DNA of 64,000 nucleotides from Octopus sinensis. Its lineage: Eukaryota. The position numbers were made by a program, and so were the translations under genes. The notes below the pieces were generated by a model that was not told the origin of the DNA, ran no database searches, and saw nothing but the letters and a program-made list of their open reading frames with translations. How positions within the stretch are numbered: the first letter of the stretch is position 1; every line of letters starts with the position of its first letter. The DNA lies in NCBI RefSeq assembly GCF_006345805.1, contig NC_043008.1:61256001-61320000 (forward strand), given 5' to 3'. Below, in pieces: positions 1-12,235 of this stretch.

Positions 1-464
1 ATATGTCCTTTATATATAATATATACTATTTAAGGATATATTTCGGGAGATTCGAACGAGAAATTCCGAAAGCTGTCGTATGTCAACGGAGGTTAGATAC
101 TTCTTGGTGTAGTAGATACAAGGATGAAACTAATATATTGAAAATATGATGTCGATGATGCTGATGCTGTTAATGTTAATAATAATATTAATAATGATAG
201 TAATAATAAAAATAATAATTATTATTATATCAGTAATAATAACATAAAAAAATAACATTCCTAATGATAATAAAAAGAATGTTTTCTTTAATAACAAAAT
301 CAAAATGAACATAAACACTAGCCAATCGATATTCTGTGTAATTTATCGCTTTTAGTCACTGTAGCAACAAACTGCATCCGCTCCTATATTCACTCACATA
401 ATCACACACGGACACGCAGAGATACATACATATAGACATACATACATACATTCATACACACACT

Positions 465-508
<44 letters not shown>

Positions 509-523
509 TGTGTTTAAATATAA

Positions 524-557
<34 letters not shown>

Positions 558-2118
558 CCATATACATATATGTATGTGTATATATGTAAGTATATATATG
601 TATATGTGTGTGTGTATGATGTGATGCGTTTGTGGCAAGATAATTTTGGTGTTGAGATAATGGCACTCAGCTTACATCAGTGAGACTGGCTTGATTAGAA
701 CTTGTAATGACCATCAGTGATATCTCCACTCAACATCGCTGACAGGATAGTATTACTAAGACTTTGATACGAGATTCCATCAACAGCTTCACTTCCCATT
801 AACAATAAGTGTACAGTTGATGAGCGTTTTTAACTTACGATCAGACAAGCTTGCTTTCTGAAGTAGAGACTTGTTAATATTCTCTGTCTACCTGTCTAAG
901 TATGAATGTATGTATGTAAGTATGCATGTATGTATGTATGTATGTATGTATGTATGTATGTATGTATGTATGTATGTATGTATGTATGAATGCATATATG
1001 TATGTATGTATGATCTATGAATGTATGTACACATACATACATATATATATATATATTTGTATTGTATGTGTAATGTATATTTATATATATATATATATAT
1101 AAATTCACATACATATGTATATATTTGTGTTTTATGTGTGTGGTTTACGAGTGGTTTTGTGTGTGAATGTATAGGTTAAAAGAATTGCTATATAAGTATG
1201 TTTTAGTGTTTAGTAAAGGGAGGTTTTATCATTTCTGTTTTGTGAGTTTTAGCTTATCATGGTAGTTTTATAAAAGAATCCATTCATAATTTTTGTGTTT
1301 ATGTCTGTGTGGGGTTGAGTGGGTTTTTGGAGTATATGTTGAGGTTTATTGTATGTATTGGTATGTGTAAGTGGTGTGGGTATTTGTATATGTCGTGGGT
1401 GTGTGGTTTACGTGTGTGTATTTGTGTGTGAATGTTTAGGTTAGGGGGATTGCTATATAGGTTTGTTATAGAGTTTAGTAAAGGGAGATTTTATCATTAT
1501 ATGTTTTTATGAGTTTTGGTTATCATGGTAGGTTTGATAAGGAATTTGTAGTTATTTGTGTCTATTTGCGATGTCTGTTGTTTTATTGCATTGTTTCATT
1601 CATAATTTTTAAGTAGTGTTCGTTTTACCAAGTGAATATAATTTCTAATTCCATTTATTCCATTTCTCCGTTCATAGTTTTGAGTGATGTCCGTTTTCTA
1701 GAGCGTGAATGTGGGTTGTATGTGTGTGTGTGTGGGAGTATGAATAAGTATTGTGTTAAGTATTTAGCTATTTTATTTATTTATAGTTGCCTAGACATTT
1801 TATGTGTATGTATAGGGATATATATATAGTGTGTGATTTAGTGTATGTAGTTAGATATGGTTATATATAATTAGGTATATGCGTATGGGTGTATATATAG
1901 TTTATTATTATATTATTATATTTTATATTTTATATTTTATATTTTATATTTAATTGTTGATAGGTTTTTTTAGTTTATATATTGTTTATATATTGATTAT
2001 ATATGGATTATAGATAGGTTATGTATGGATTATATACTTATATTTTTTCATTCATACTTTAATTATTTTAAAATTATTATTTTTATATTTTAAAATATTG
2101 ATTTTTTAGATTGGAAGT

Positions 2119-2161
2119 CCACCTGAAGATTGTCGATCAAGACAAGAAACGATTGTAGTGG
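2119..2161 (+). ncRNA. Minimal type I hammerhead ribozyme (Penelope-type), predicted GUA cleavage after 2157
   Basis: ccac-CTGAAGA-ttgtc[gatcaa]gacaa-GAAA-c[gatt]g-TA-gtgg. Full catalytic core, 4-bp stem I, perfect 5-bp stem II and 1-bp stem III. ACGATTGT is self-complementary allowing G-U pairs. Confidence 0.8.
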
Positions 2162-2345
2162 CGGTTTTTTTGACTATTTAATAAAATTTTATGTATTGAT
2201 TAAGTCTTTCCTTGTTTGTTTTGCAAAATAGTGGTTTTGTCTCGAATAATATTTTATATATATATATATATATATATACATAGCTCAGTCAACGGTGGTG
2301 CTCCAGCATGACCACATCTTTGCAGCTAAATCATTTTAAAATAGT

Positions 2346-2431
<86 letters not shown>

Positions 2432-3189
2432 GGATAGAGAGAAAGATATATTATTTGTATGACTATGTATGGATATGCGCATGCATGTATGTTTGTATCT
2501 CTCTATATGTATATACGTATATATATATACATATATAAAAATGTCTATGTCTTATATACGTACAGATATTAGTGCTTATGTTTGTGTGTATTAATGTTTT
2601 TTTTATGCAGGTTTGACTACTGCGTGTGTAATTCCAAATGCTAACGTCTATTCATATATCAGCGTATGATCAATGAAGCCTCGGTAAATGTCCGAAATAT
2701 CACTGTACATTAATACTTCCCTATTTTTGTGTTTGCTCTCTATGTCCGTGTTTACCTTTCACTCCATCGCCCTATCTCTTTATGCATGCATATATTCATT
2801 TCACACCTTACACACACACATGTATGTGCATATACATACATATACATAGACACTTATATATATATGCATACATATGTATGTGTCTTATAGCAACTGCCAT
2901 GCAAATATATTCCGTTATATTCTTCGTCAGGTATATATACTCTCTGTCCATTGGCTCAGACTCTCTCACAGCCTCAAAACTACACATACCACACACGCAG
3001 TTTTTTCACCTTTCTACTTCACGACAAGTTCTACAAAGAAGAAAAGAACTTGTCTGTCGACAAGTTCTACAAAAGTGTTTTTGTGCTGTTAAAACCTTCA
3101 AGCTTCCTGGCTGTAGCTACGACAACCAGTCGTAACAGTTCACAAGAGATATAATGAAAACTTCAAAAGAATTATAATCGTACTGTAGG

Positions 3190-3326
3190 TGTATTTCGAA
3201 CCCAGGACTTACTTTTTGTAAGCCTATTACTTATTCCATCGGTGCTAAACCGCTAGGTTACGGAGACCCAAACACACCAGCAGCGGTTGTCAAGTGATGG
3301 CAGGGGGACAAACACAGACACAAATA
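3190..3326 (-). mobile_element. SINE-B 3' remnant
   Basis: aaacacaccagcagcggttgtcaag and gtaagcctattacttattc. Confidence 0.6.
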
Positions 3327-4822
3327 TTCAGATGTGACCGCATGCACATACATTCATACATTTATACAGAGAGAGATAGAGTGAGAGACATTGTGGGTGT
3401 CTGTACGTGTGTGTATGTGTGTGAGCGTGTGCGTGTGCGCGCGAGGAAAGCGGGAGAGATGCAGCTATAGAACAAATAAACAAAAATCCACAAAATGAAT
3501 AAAATTACAGAATAAAATTAGAGTAAAACAGACTACGAATTTACAGATGAGGGTTAAACTAGAGTTAAACATTCTGGGCATTTTGTTGCGAAGTTAGTCT
3601 TCCTTACGGCAAATTTAGCTCGTTAAAATCGATGGAAACTTGAAATATATTGTAACGTGACATCTTGAAAACAAATCGAAATTATTTATCCTGAAAAAAA
3701 TTTACAATTCTTATATATATATATATATATATATATATAGCATCCTGTTTCTATGTCAGTAAATGTAACAACTTTAATTTTATTATAGTGCCTAAGAATG
3801 TGTTATGATGGATTGTAGTGATACTTTGCCTGCGGCTTAGTTGAAATATAAGTGCCATTGACAGTAAAGGATCTATGAATATTTTACGAAATTTATATTA
3901 TAATTATATTCGAGACAATGCTATGTTAATGAATATAACTCGCCAAATATCACGTCGACCTGTAAACTTAGCTTGTATCCCTAGTAATTAAACATAGAAA
4001 AATTCTTATGGATCAGGCAAATACAGATGTCGAGATGATTGCAATTAAATCAAATACTGGGCGAGCCGAATTGAATACAAATCTATTACTGTAAGGAATG
4101 AGGAAACATCCTCTCGAAATAGATTTATGAGATTTTAAAGAAAGAAGGAGACAATCTCAGCTTATATTCAAATTTATTAAAGATAGGTATGCTTGTAAAT
4201 GGGAACCATAGTTTTAGGAAGTTCAAGTTTTATAATTAAACTAAACAGCAATGGAATATAGAAATTTTAGGAATATATAATTTTATGTGCATTTAACGAT
4301 TATTCGCATATATTTTTATAACACGTCGATGCAGCTTCAGGCGCAAATCATGCTGGTAACCGCTGAGTCCTTCATAGTCTAATATCCCCCCCCCGATGTG
4401 CGCCAGGCTCGTATAGTCGCAAGGTATTTTGGATCACCATGGTTCACATCAGCCAGAAGTAGCCAGAACATTGATCCAAGACAAGCTCTGCTTGTAATGT
4501 TCATTGAATCTTCCTGCTCGTTGCTTATATTTGCCAATCAGAAAAATGTTCTTATTTGTACCGTATATGGCAAGACCTGAAACGATTATATACATATTCT
4601 TAACAGTTCTATGCAGTCCAGGCGAAAAGTTTGCACGTCGCTGTAATGTGTGTCATAGGAGAATAACATCTCTCTTTGAAGACCCTTATCTTTTCGGGTA
4701 GCTTTTTACATACCAATGTGGGTTCAATACATTTGATTTGGCTTCATGGATTTGTTCCATATATTTACTCCATGTATTGTGTCATGTATTTGTAACTGAT
4801 GTATTCTAGGGCTTCGATTATC

Positions 4823-4993
4823 AGGCGCAAGAGTGGCTGTGTGGTACGTAGATGGTAACCAACCACATGGTTCCGGGTTCAGTCCCACTGCGTGGCATCT
4901 TGGGCAAGTGTCTTCTGCTATAGCCTCAGGTTGACCAAAGCCTTGTGAGTGGATTTGGGAGACGGAAACTGAAAGAAGCCCGTCGTATATATG

Positions 4994-5026
<33 letters not shown>

Positions 5027-5232
5027 TTGTGTGTCTGTATTTGTCCCCCTAGCATTGCTTGACAACCGATGCTGGTGTGTTTACTTCCCCGTCACTTAGC
5101 GGTTCGACAAAAGAGACCGATAGAATAAGTACTGGGCTTACAAAAGAATAAGTCCCGGGGTCGATTTGCTCGACTAAAGGCGGTGCTCCAGCATGGCCGC
5201 AGTCAAATGACTGAAACAAGTGAAAAAAAAAA
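4823..5232 (+). mobile_element. tRNA-derived SINE family B (CORE-like domain, internal TA/TG microsatellite)
   Basis: gtggctgtgtgg A-box region, gggttcagtccc B-box, tcttgggcaagtgtctt CORE-like segment, 3' ggcggtgctccagcatggcc...gactgaaacaag. Confidence 0.85.
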
Positions 5233-5392
5233 TAGCACCAAGATCATCTACCGCATTGTTGCAGGTATTAACTGCCATTAATTTCGAAAAACCGGAGACC
5301 GGAATTACTCGCGAAATTATTATTGACAAAACGGGGAAAATAATCATACATCATGCAAAGAAGTGTTATAAAAGAATGTTCACTTCTTAAAT

Positions 5393-5580
5393 CTTTTCTA
5401 CTCTAGGCACAAGGCCTGAAAATTTTGGAGAGGGTGCCAGTCGATTAGATCGACTTCAGTACGCAACTGGTAATTAATTTATCGACTCCGAAAAGATGAA
5501 AGGCAAAGTCGACACGGTGGAATTTAAACTGAGAAGGCAAAGATAAAAAATACGCTAAGTATTTCGCCCAGTGAGCTTCA
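5393..5580 (-). mobile_element. SINE-A (A2 tail), diverged
   Basis: cttttctactctaggcacaaggcc...gaaaagatgaaaggcaaagtcgac... Confidence 0.8.
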
Positions 5581-6000
5581 GCTTTAGTTATTATTTATTT
5601 ATTTAATACAACAATACAATATGAACTCAGTCTTATGCGGTACAGGACTTTGTGGCAGGTGGTGGTACGATTGGTGATAGAGTTGTGTAATTATTTTTAG
5701 GGTAGATTTCATATCCATATATATGCGCGTCGGTTTCCATGGGCAATTGTACAGAAAGTGTTTGTTTTAAAACTTTATGCATTTATAATGTCACACATAG
5801 ATATCAGATATCAGTAAGCAATGTAAGCGCCAGCTGAAATAGCATATATAATGTGTGTGTGCATGTGTGTGTTTGTGTGTGTGTGTAAACGTGATATTTT
5901 AAACGTAAGAAATAATTTAAGATTTTAGATCATGGCTATGGAATTAAGGAATGTGGCCTATGGCAAATCGAGATATAGCCAATTGATACCTTTGTGGTTC

Positions 6001-6368
6001 GTGGAGGCGCAATGGCCCAGTGGTTAGGGCAGCGGACTCGCGGTTTCGATTCCCAGACCGGGCGTTGTGAGTGTTTATTGATCGAAAACACCTAAAGCTC
6101 CACGAGGCTTCGGCAGGGATGGTGGTGATCCCTGCTGTAATCTTTCACCACAACTTTCTCTCACTCTTACTTCCTGTTTCTGTTGTACCTGTATTTCAAA
6201 GGGCCGGCCTTGTCACTCTCTGTATCACGCTGAATATCCCCGAGAACTACGTTAAGGGTACACGTGTCTGTGGAGTGCTCAGCCACTTACACGTTAATTT
6301 CACGAGCAGGCTGTTCCGTTGATCGGATCAACCGGAACCCTCGTCGTCGTAACCGACGGAGTGCTTCC
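6001..6368 (+). mobile_element. tRNA-derived SINE family C
   Basis: TGGCCCAGTGG A-box, GTTTCGATTCC B-box, 11-nt TSD acctttgtggt at 5988-5998 / 6369-6379. Compared with the 27741 copy it has a small head deletion between two cgcggt repeats. Confidence 0.9.
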
Positions 6369-8507
6369 ACCTTTGTGGTGAGAGTAAATTATATGGTGAA
6401 TTATAGAAACAGAGTTTAGGTAGATGTTAGATTTAAGTTGTGGTAACAAGCAGTTGAGGGTAAGACGCATGTATGATGGAAAGAATTGATCATCAAACTC
6501 AATTTATTTTTTACTATCTATAAATGCGTATGTTTGGAATGTGTATGTATATACAACTACATATACGATTGTGTGTGTGTGTCTGTGTGTGTTTGTGTAT
6601 GCTATGATTGCCTGCGTATATGTGTATGTATATGTGTGCATGAGTGTATGCGCAAGTTTTTAGTAACTGAGAGATAGGTAAATTGAAATAAAGAGATCAA
6701 CAGGTAGGCAGGCAGGAAGATATATATATATATAGAGAGAGAGATTGATACATAACTAAATGAATTATAGTTCTTGTATTAATGATAATGGCACTTGGCA
6801 CACTGTTGCAATACAGAAAGGGCATAATGACAGGTTCACATGATGCGTCTTGAATACTTAATTCAGCTTAAATAAGCAAGTTAGATAACTAGGAAGTTAT
6901 ATTAATATATTTCGGATATGTTTGGCTGAAGGAATATAAATCTTTGGCAATACAGCTGTAGTTGTGAAATGGCTTTATAGCGTATGTGATGCTTGGTCAA
7001 GTATAAAATATGAAGCATCCGTGAAATTATCACCAATATAATGTAATACCGACATTTATAAATCATTAACAAATTTTTGAATAGTTCTTTATTATCGATA
7101 ACCAGAAGATGACGTTCTGTATAGCAATTCATTTGCGCTTGCATAACTGAGCATTTTGACTTAAAGACAGAATGTTACAATCTGAATCTGTAATTTATTG
7201 ATGTAAAGCATCTGATACCAACAAAGGCTTCGATATATTCAGTTTGGAGCTAATCAAGGCATAAACAAGGAGCTTTCAAAATGACAGATAATAACTTAAG
7301 ATTGCTTGTTATTACATTAAGACACAGCAAGCAGAAACATGGACTCATATTGCAATTGTCATTGCCATTCACTAGTAAGCTTAATTGGAAATCCATATAT
7401 TACCTAACATGGAAGAATTTCAGATTTGGATTTATCCAGATTAACAAAAGTATCTAGCATATCGAATAAGTTATTGTGAGATGAGATTAATCAGATATAT
7501 TGTAATTTCTAATTGAGATTCATGAAGCCTAAAGAGATAGATCAATCAAATATTCATCCCAGTAAGAGCCAGAGAAATATTACTTTGAGATGTGACACAA
7601 ATTAGTAATTGGGTGGATTTCACAACAGAAACCCACGGCCCTTTACGCAGAGTAGTTGAACCGTATGATGGATTAAATCAAGATCAAAGGACGGGTATTG
7701 TATAGATCAGTAGAATATTCATCATCTGAAGTAAATCGCAAATGTTTTATCAGATCTGGGACTTGAGGTAAAAAAAAATTTGAACAAAATAACGTACGGT
7801 GCAATTGAAACCCAAACCACCTTGATCATTTTTAATCCGAAGATGTACTCGCGGACGAAGTAGTGTAAAAATATGGGTAACACTTTTCCATAAAAAAGGA
7901 AATGAAACGTTCTGTCTTTCAGAAATTCAGTTAAGGAAAAATAGCTCGTGTATCAGTAAGATAATGGGGGTAGACAGTAACTTTCCAAAAATGGTTATTG
8001 CTATGAAAATTTTCCTGGTGTTTGTGGAATCGACATGAAAACTTAATGGAAAATATTAGCGACTCTGTTTCAATAACAATTTCCAGAAATAAAAAATTAA
8101 TACCTCGGAAGATTGAACAGATGAATAGCATATTCTTTGTCAGAAGACAAGTTGAATTAGTTGGTAGCGATCTTAATTAGACAATTATTTTCATGCTAAC
8201 TAATTATATACATATTTACATGCGTAAACACACACACACACATACACATATTCACACGTGTGTATGTGTCTATGTTAGTGCGAATGCTGTACAAAGCAGC
8301 GTATAAATATATCTATGTGTGCATATAAATATGCTTGTATGTGCACGCATCTGTGCGTGTATTTGTGTTGTATCAGTGAAAAATATTAAGTTTTGAATCG
8401 ACTGACGTTGCTTGACAGTTTTGAAGCAGTGGCGAGAGATAATTCAAATCAAACCATACAGCTTAGAATAAAATAACTCTTCGAGTAACACGGTTATATC
8501 CCTAAAA

Positions 8508-8738
8508 AGGCGGCGAGCTGGCAGAAACGTTAGCACGCCGGGCGAAATGCTTAGCGGTATTTCGTCTGCGTTACGTTGTGAGTTCAAGTTCCGCCGAGGT
8601 CGACTTTGCCTTTCATCCTTTCGGGGTCGATAAATTAAGTACCAGTTACGCACTGGGGTCGATGTAATCGACTTAATACCTATGTCTGTCCTTGTTTGTC
8701 CCCTCTGTGTTTAGCCCCTTGTGGGTAATAAAGAAATA
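8508..8738 (+). mobile_element. tRNA-derived SINE family A (A1 tail), full-length monomer
   Basis: A-box-like TGGCAGAAACGTTAG, B-box GAGTTCAAGTTCC, conserved gcctttcatcctttcggggtcgataaattaagtaccag domain. 16-nt TSD 8492-8507 / 8739-8754 with 1 mismatch. Confidence 0.9.
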
Positions 8739-9091
8739 GGTGATATCCCTAAAATAATTTCAGATGGTTAACAATGGAATCACAAACTATGTCTGTTCGA
8801 ACAACCCTTATTAGAACCTTTTGAAATAAAACAGCAATATAGCATGTTTAGTGGAGAGTCGATTTACATTTTCACATACAACATATTTCATGTATTCGTA
8901 ATATGGTTTCAAATAAGCATTTTGTGCTTCCAGCATACTCTTTAAAAGTAGGTTTAGCATTGTTCAAAGATATGTGTTTTGTCTAATCACAAATAATAAT
9001 AATTGAATAATAACAAAAGAAAAAACAGCACGAATATATATTTGTATGCATGTACATATGTATGTTTCTACCTATCTACCTACCTACCTAC

Positions 9092-9127
<36 letters not shown>

Positions 9128-9142
9128 ATATATGTATGTATG

Positions 9143-9204
<62 letters not shown>

Positions 9205-9252
9205 CATATATATATATAATATATATGCATGAGTGTGTGTTTGTGTGTATAA

Positions 9253-9500
9253 ACTACTACTATTACTACTACTACTACTACTACTACTACTAACAATAAT
9301 AATAAACATTAATGATAATAATAAGCATTAATAATGAGGAGAAGAAGAAGAAGAAGAAGAAGAAGAAGAAGAAGAGGAGGGAGAGGAGGAGAAGAGAAGA
9401 AGAAGAAGAAGAAGAAGAGGAGGAAGAGGAGGAGAAGGAGAAGAAGAAGAAGAAGAAGAAGAAGAAGAAGAGAAGAAGAAGAAGAAGAAGAAGAAGAAGA
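9253..9500. repeat. Compound trinucleotide tract (TAC)n-(AAT)n-(AAG/AGG)n
   Basis: Read directly. Source of the poly-K/R/E/S ORFs. Confidence 0.95.
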
Positions 9501-9854
9501 AATCAAATCAGAAATAATTAGATATTTATACAAAGAGAAGTAAAATTATTTTTTTTAGATAAATATAACAATGTATTCCTGAAAAAATATGGCTAAAATA
9601 TGTAAACATAAAAGAAAAATCAAATCTTATTAAATTTTTAATTAAAATTCTACACAGGTAAGAAAATGAACTCATTATTTTGTTGTCTGTGAAATACTTT
9701 CAACATTGTTTGATCTTGCGTTGATTCTGTGAAGGGAAATATACATGATTGAATATGTTGATTCTGGTCTGATAAGGCGACGGTGTAATTGTAATTGTGA
9801 CGCTTTGCACTTGAAGCTATGACCAATTGCTACCGGTGTTATGCATATTTTGAT

Positions 9855-9891
<37 letters not shown>

Positions 9892-9893
9892 CA

Positions 9894-9928
<35 letters not shown>

Positions 9929-9964
9929 GTGTTGCAGTTGTAGAAGTAATGTTTTGATAGCTAT

Positions 9965-10367
9965 TTTACTCTTTTACTTTTTTCAGTCATTTGACTGTGG
10001 CCATGTTGGAGTACCGCCTTTAGTCGAGAAAATCGACCCCAAGACTTATTCTTTGTAAGCCTAGTACTTATTCTATCAGTCTCTTTGCCGAACTGCTAAG
10101 TTACGGGGACGTAAACACACCAGCATCGGTTGTCAAGCGATGTTGGGGAGACAAACACAGACACACAAACATATACACGCACATGCATACATATATACAT
10201 ATATACGACAGTCTTCTTTTCGTTTCCGTCTACCAAATCCACTCACAAGGCTTTGGTCGACCCGAGGCTATAGTAGAAGACACTTGCCCAAGGTTCCACG
10301 GAGTGGGACTGAAACCGGGACCATGTGGTTGGTAAGTAAGCTGCTTACCACACAGCCACTACTACGC
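9965..10367 (-). mobile_element. SINE family B, full length
   Basis: Reverse complement of the same body. Confidence 0.85.
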
Positions 10368-10852
10368 ATATACAAGTAATATCGACAAGGATTTTTAATA
10401 ATGCATTTGACATATAATCCAGCCTAATTTTAGTATTTTGATTCCAACAAATCATCCCACGATTCTTCTGAACGCCCTGTGTTCCTCACGGCGTCTCCTT
10501 TGCATTACCGATGGCTAAAATGCTCTTATGGCTCCACACCCAATATTCATTCACGTTCCGTCTTTTAGTGATACACAAAAGGCAGCTGTATTCGTGTTCT
10601 TGACGGAAGTGCTTTTGGAGGAGCATTGATAGTTATATCGGTACTTTTATCGTGTATTTAGCTGTCTTTGTGTTTTTGAATGCAGAGCTTGATGTGAAGA
10701 TTTGATAATAGTTACTTTGCTGTATTGTATTTCCAGCGACAAGGATGCAACCCCATGTTGTTGCTGTTGATTCATTGCAGGTTACATGTGTATTGCTATG
10801 GTTTAATTGATTCAATGCTCAGTGAGAAGAGGCATAGTTCTTGGTATATTTT

Positions 10853-11267
10853 AAGGCGGCCAGCTGGCAGAATCGTTACCACACCGGACGAAATGCTTAA
10901 CGGTATTTACTCTGCTGCTACGTTCTGAGTTCAAATTCCACCGAGGTCGACTTTACCTTTCATCCTTTCGGGGTCGATAAATTAAATACCAGTTACGTAC
11001 TGGGGTCGATGTAATTGACTTAATCCCTGTGTCTGTCCTTGTTTGTCCCCTCTGTGATTAGCCCCTTGTGGCTAGTAAAGAAATAAGTATCTCATCTGCC
11101 GTTACGTTCTGAGTTCAAATTCCGCCGAGGTCGACTTTGCCTTTCATCCGTTCGGGGTCGAAAAATTAAGAACCAGTTACGCACTGGGGTCGATATAATC
11201 GACTTAATCCGTTTGTTTGTCCTTGTTTGTCATCTGTGTGTTTAGACCCTTGCGGGTAGTAAAGAAA
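10853..11267 (+). mobile_element. SINE-A dimer (full unit plus 5'-truncated unit)
   Basis: The second unit starts at 11087 (gtatctcatc) directly after aaagaaataa. TSD ttggtatatt at 10841-10850 / 11268-11277. Confidence 0.9.
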
Positions 11268-11726
11268 TTGGTATATTATAACGCCTGTCTGTTATAGTGT
11301 ATTTACGGTAATGCATTGTGAATTCAACTTCTGTAGTGATGGTGGATCTTTGATGCTTATAACTCTTTGTTATTTTGAGAAGGATATCTGAAGTGTTGGC
11401 GCTGCAATAACCGTTTTGGCATGACATTTGGGCAGCGAAGGCGTTTCGGTTTGTGTTTGTGGTGCAAATGCTAGTTGAATTTTACAGGAATAATGATAGT
11501 GTTAGTCAGATAGGCATCAATAGCTTACGTTGTGGTTAAAACCAGACTTAGTCTTGCTTTGTCTTAGTTTGTTTTGATTTTGATAATGGTGTTTTGATAT
11601 TGATAATGGTGTTTTGATATTGATAATGGTGTGAGTTTTCTTTTGGAAGTGAAATTTTGGTAGGGCAGATTAATGTTTCATGTTTATTGAAGATTTTTAA
11701 AGTGTGGTTGAATGATATGGCAATAC

Positions 11727-12129
11727 AAGGCGGCGATCTGGCAGAAACATTAGCACGCCGGGCGAAATGCTTTGCGGTATTTCGTCCGCCGCAACATTCT
11801 GAGTTCAAATTCCGCCGAGGTCGACTTTGCCTTTCATCCTTTCGGGGTCGATAAATTAAGTACCAGTTACGCACTGGGGTCAATGTAATCGACTTAATAC
11901 CTATGTCTGTCCTTGTTTGTCCCCTCTATGTTTAGCCCCTTGTGGGTAATAAAAAAATAGGTATTTCGTCCGCCGCAACATTCTGAGTTCAAATTCCGCC
12001 GAGGTCGACTTTGCCTTTCATCCTTTCGGGGTCGATAAATTAAGCACCAGTTACGCACTGGGGTCGATGCAATCGACTTTATCCGTTTGTCCCCTCTGTG
12101 TTTAGCCCCTTGTGAGTAGTAAAGAAATA
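11727..12129 (+). mobile_element. SINE-A dimer
   Basis: Junction aaaaaatag|gtatttcgtc at 11960/11961. Perfect 13-nt TSD gatatggcaatac at 11714-11726 / 12130-12142. Confidence 0.9.
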
Positions 12130-12235
12130 GATATGGCAATACTAGTTTAATGCATAGGTGGAGCTTATGGAGATGCATGTAGAGATTTTCGAATATAATC
12201 GAATTAAGAATAATTGTCGAATCTTTCTTGTGTAG

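Noticed and set aside
35-84. Possible hammerhead relic (gatatat...ttccGAAAgctgtc-gtatgtc)
   Set aside because: Stem I and GAAA...GUC are present, but there is no CUGANGA-like core and stem II is poor.
3609-4090. Short ATG-to-gtaagg segments on both strands (MSRYNIFQ..., MDQANTDV...)
   Set aside because: No homology and no compatible downstream exons. Expected by chance.
4400-4580. Minus-strand peptide LAIYGTNKNIFLIGKYKQRAGRFNEHYK, faintly GIY-YIG-like
   Set aside because: Only scattered residues match, and there is no supporting context.
6001-6060. tRNA gene calls for SINE heads (also 12457, 28050-28120, 30812)
   Set aside because: A/B boxes are present, but no complete cloverleaf or acceptor stem, and each continues into a SINE body.
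6775-6843. NDNGTWHTVAI resembling a laminin-G motif
   Set aside because: In-frame stop soon after, weak splice sites and no other exons.
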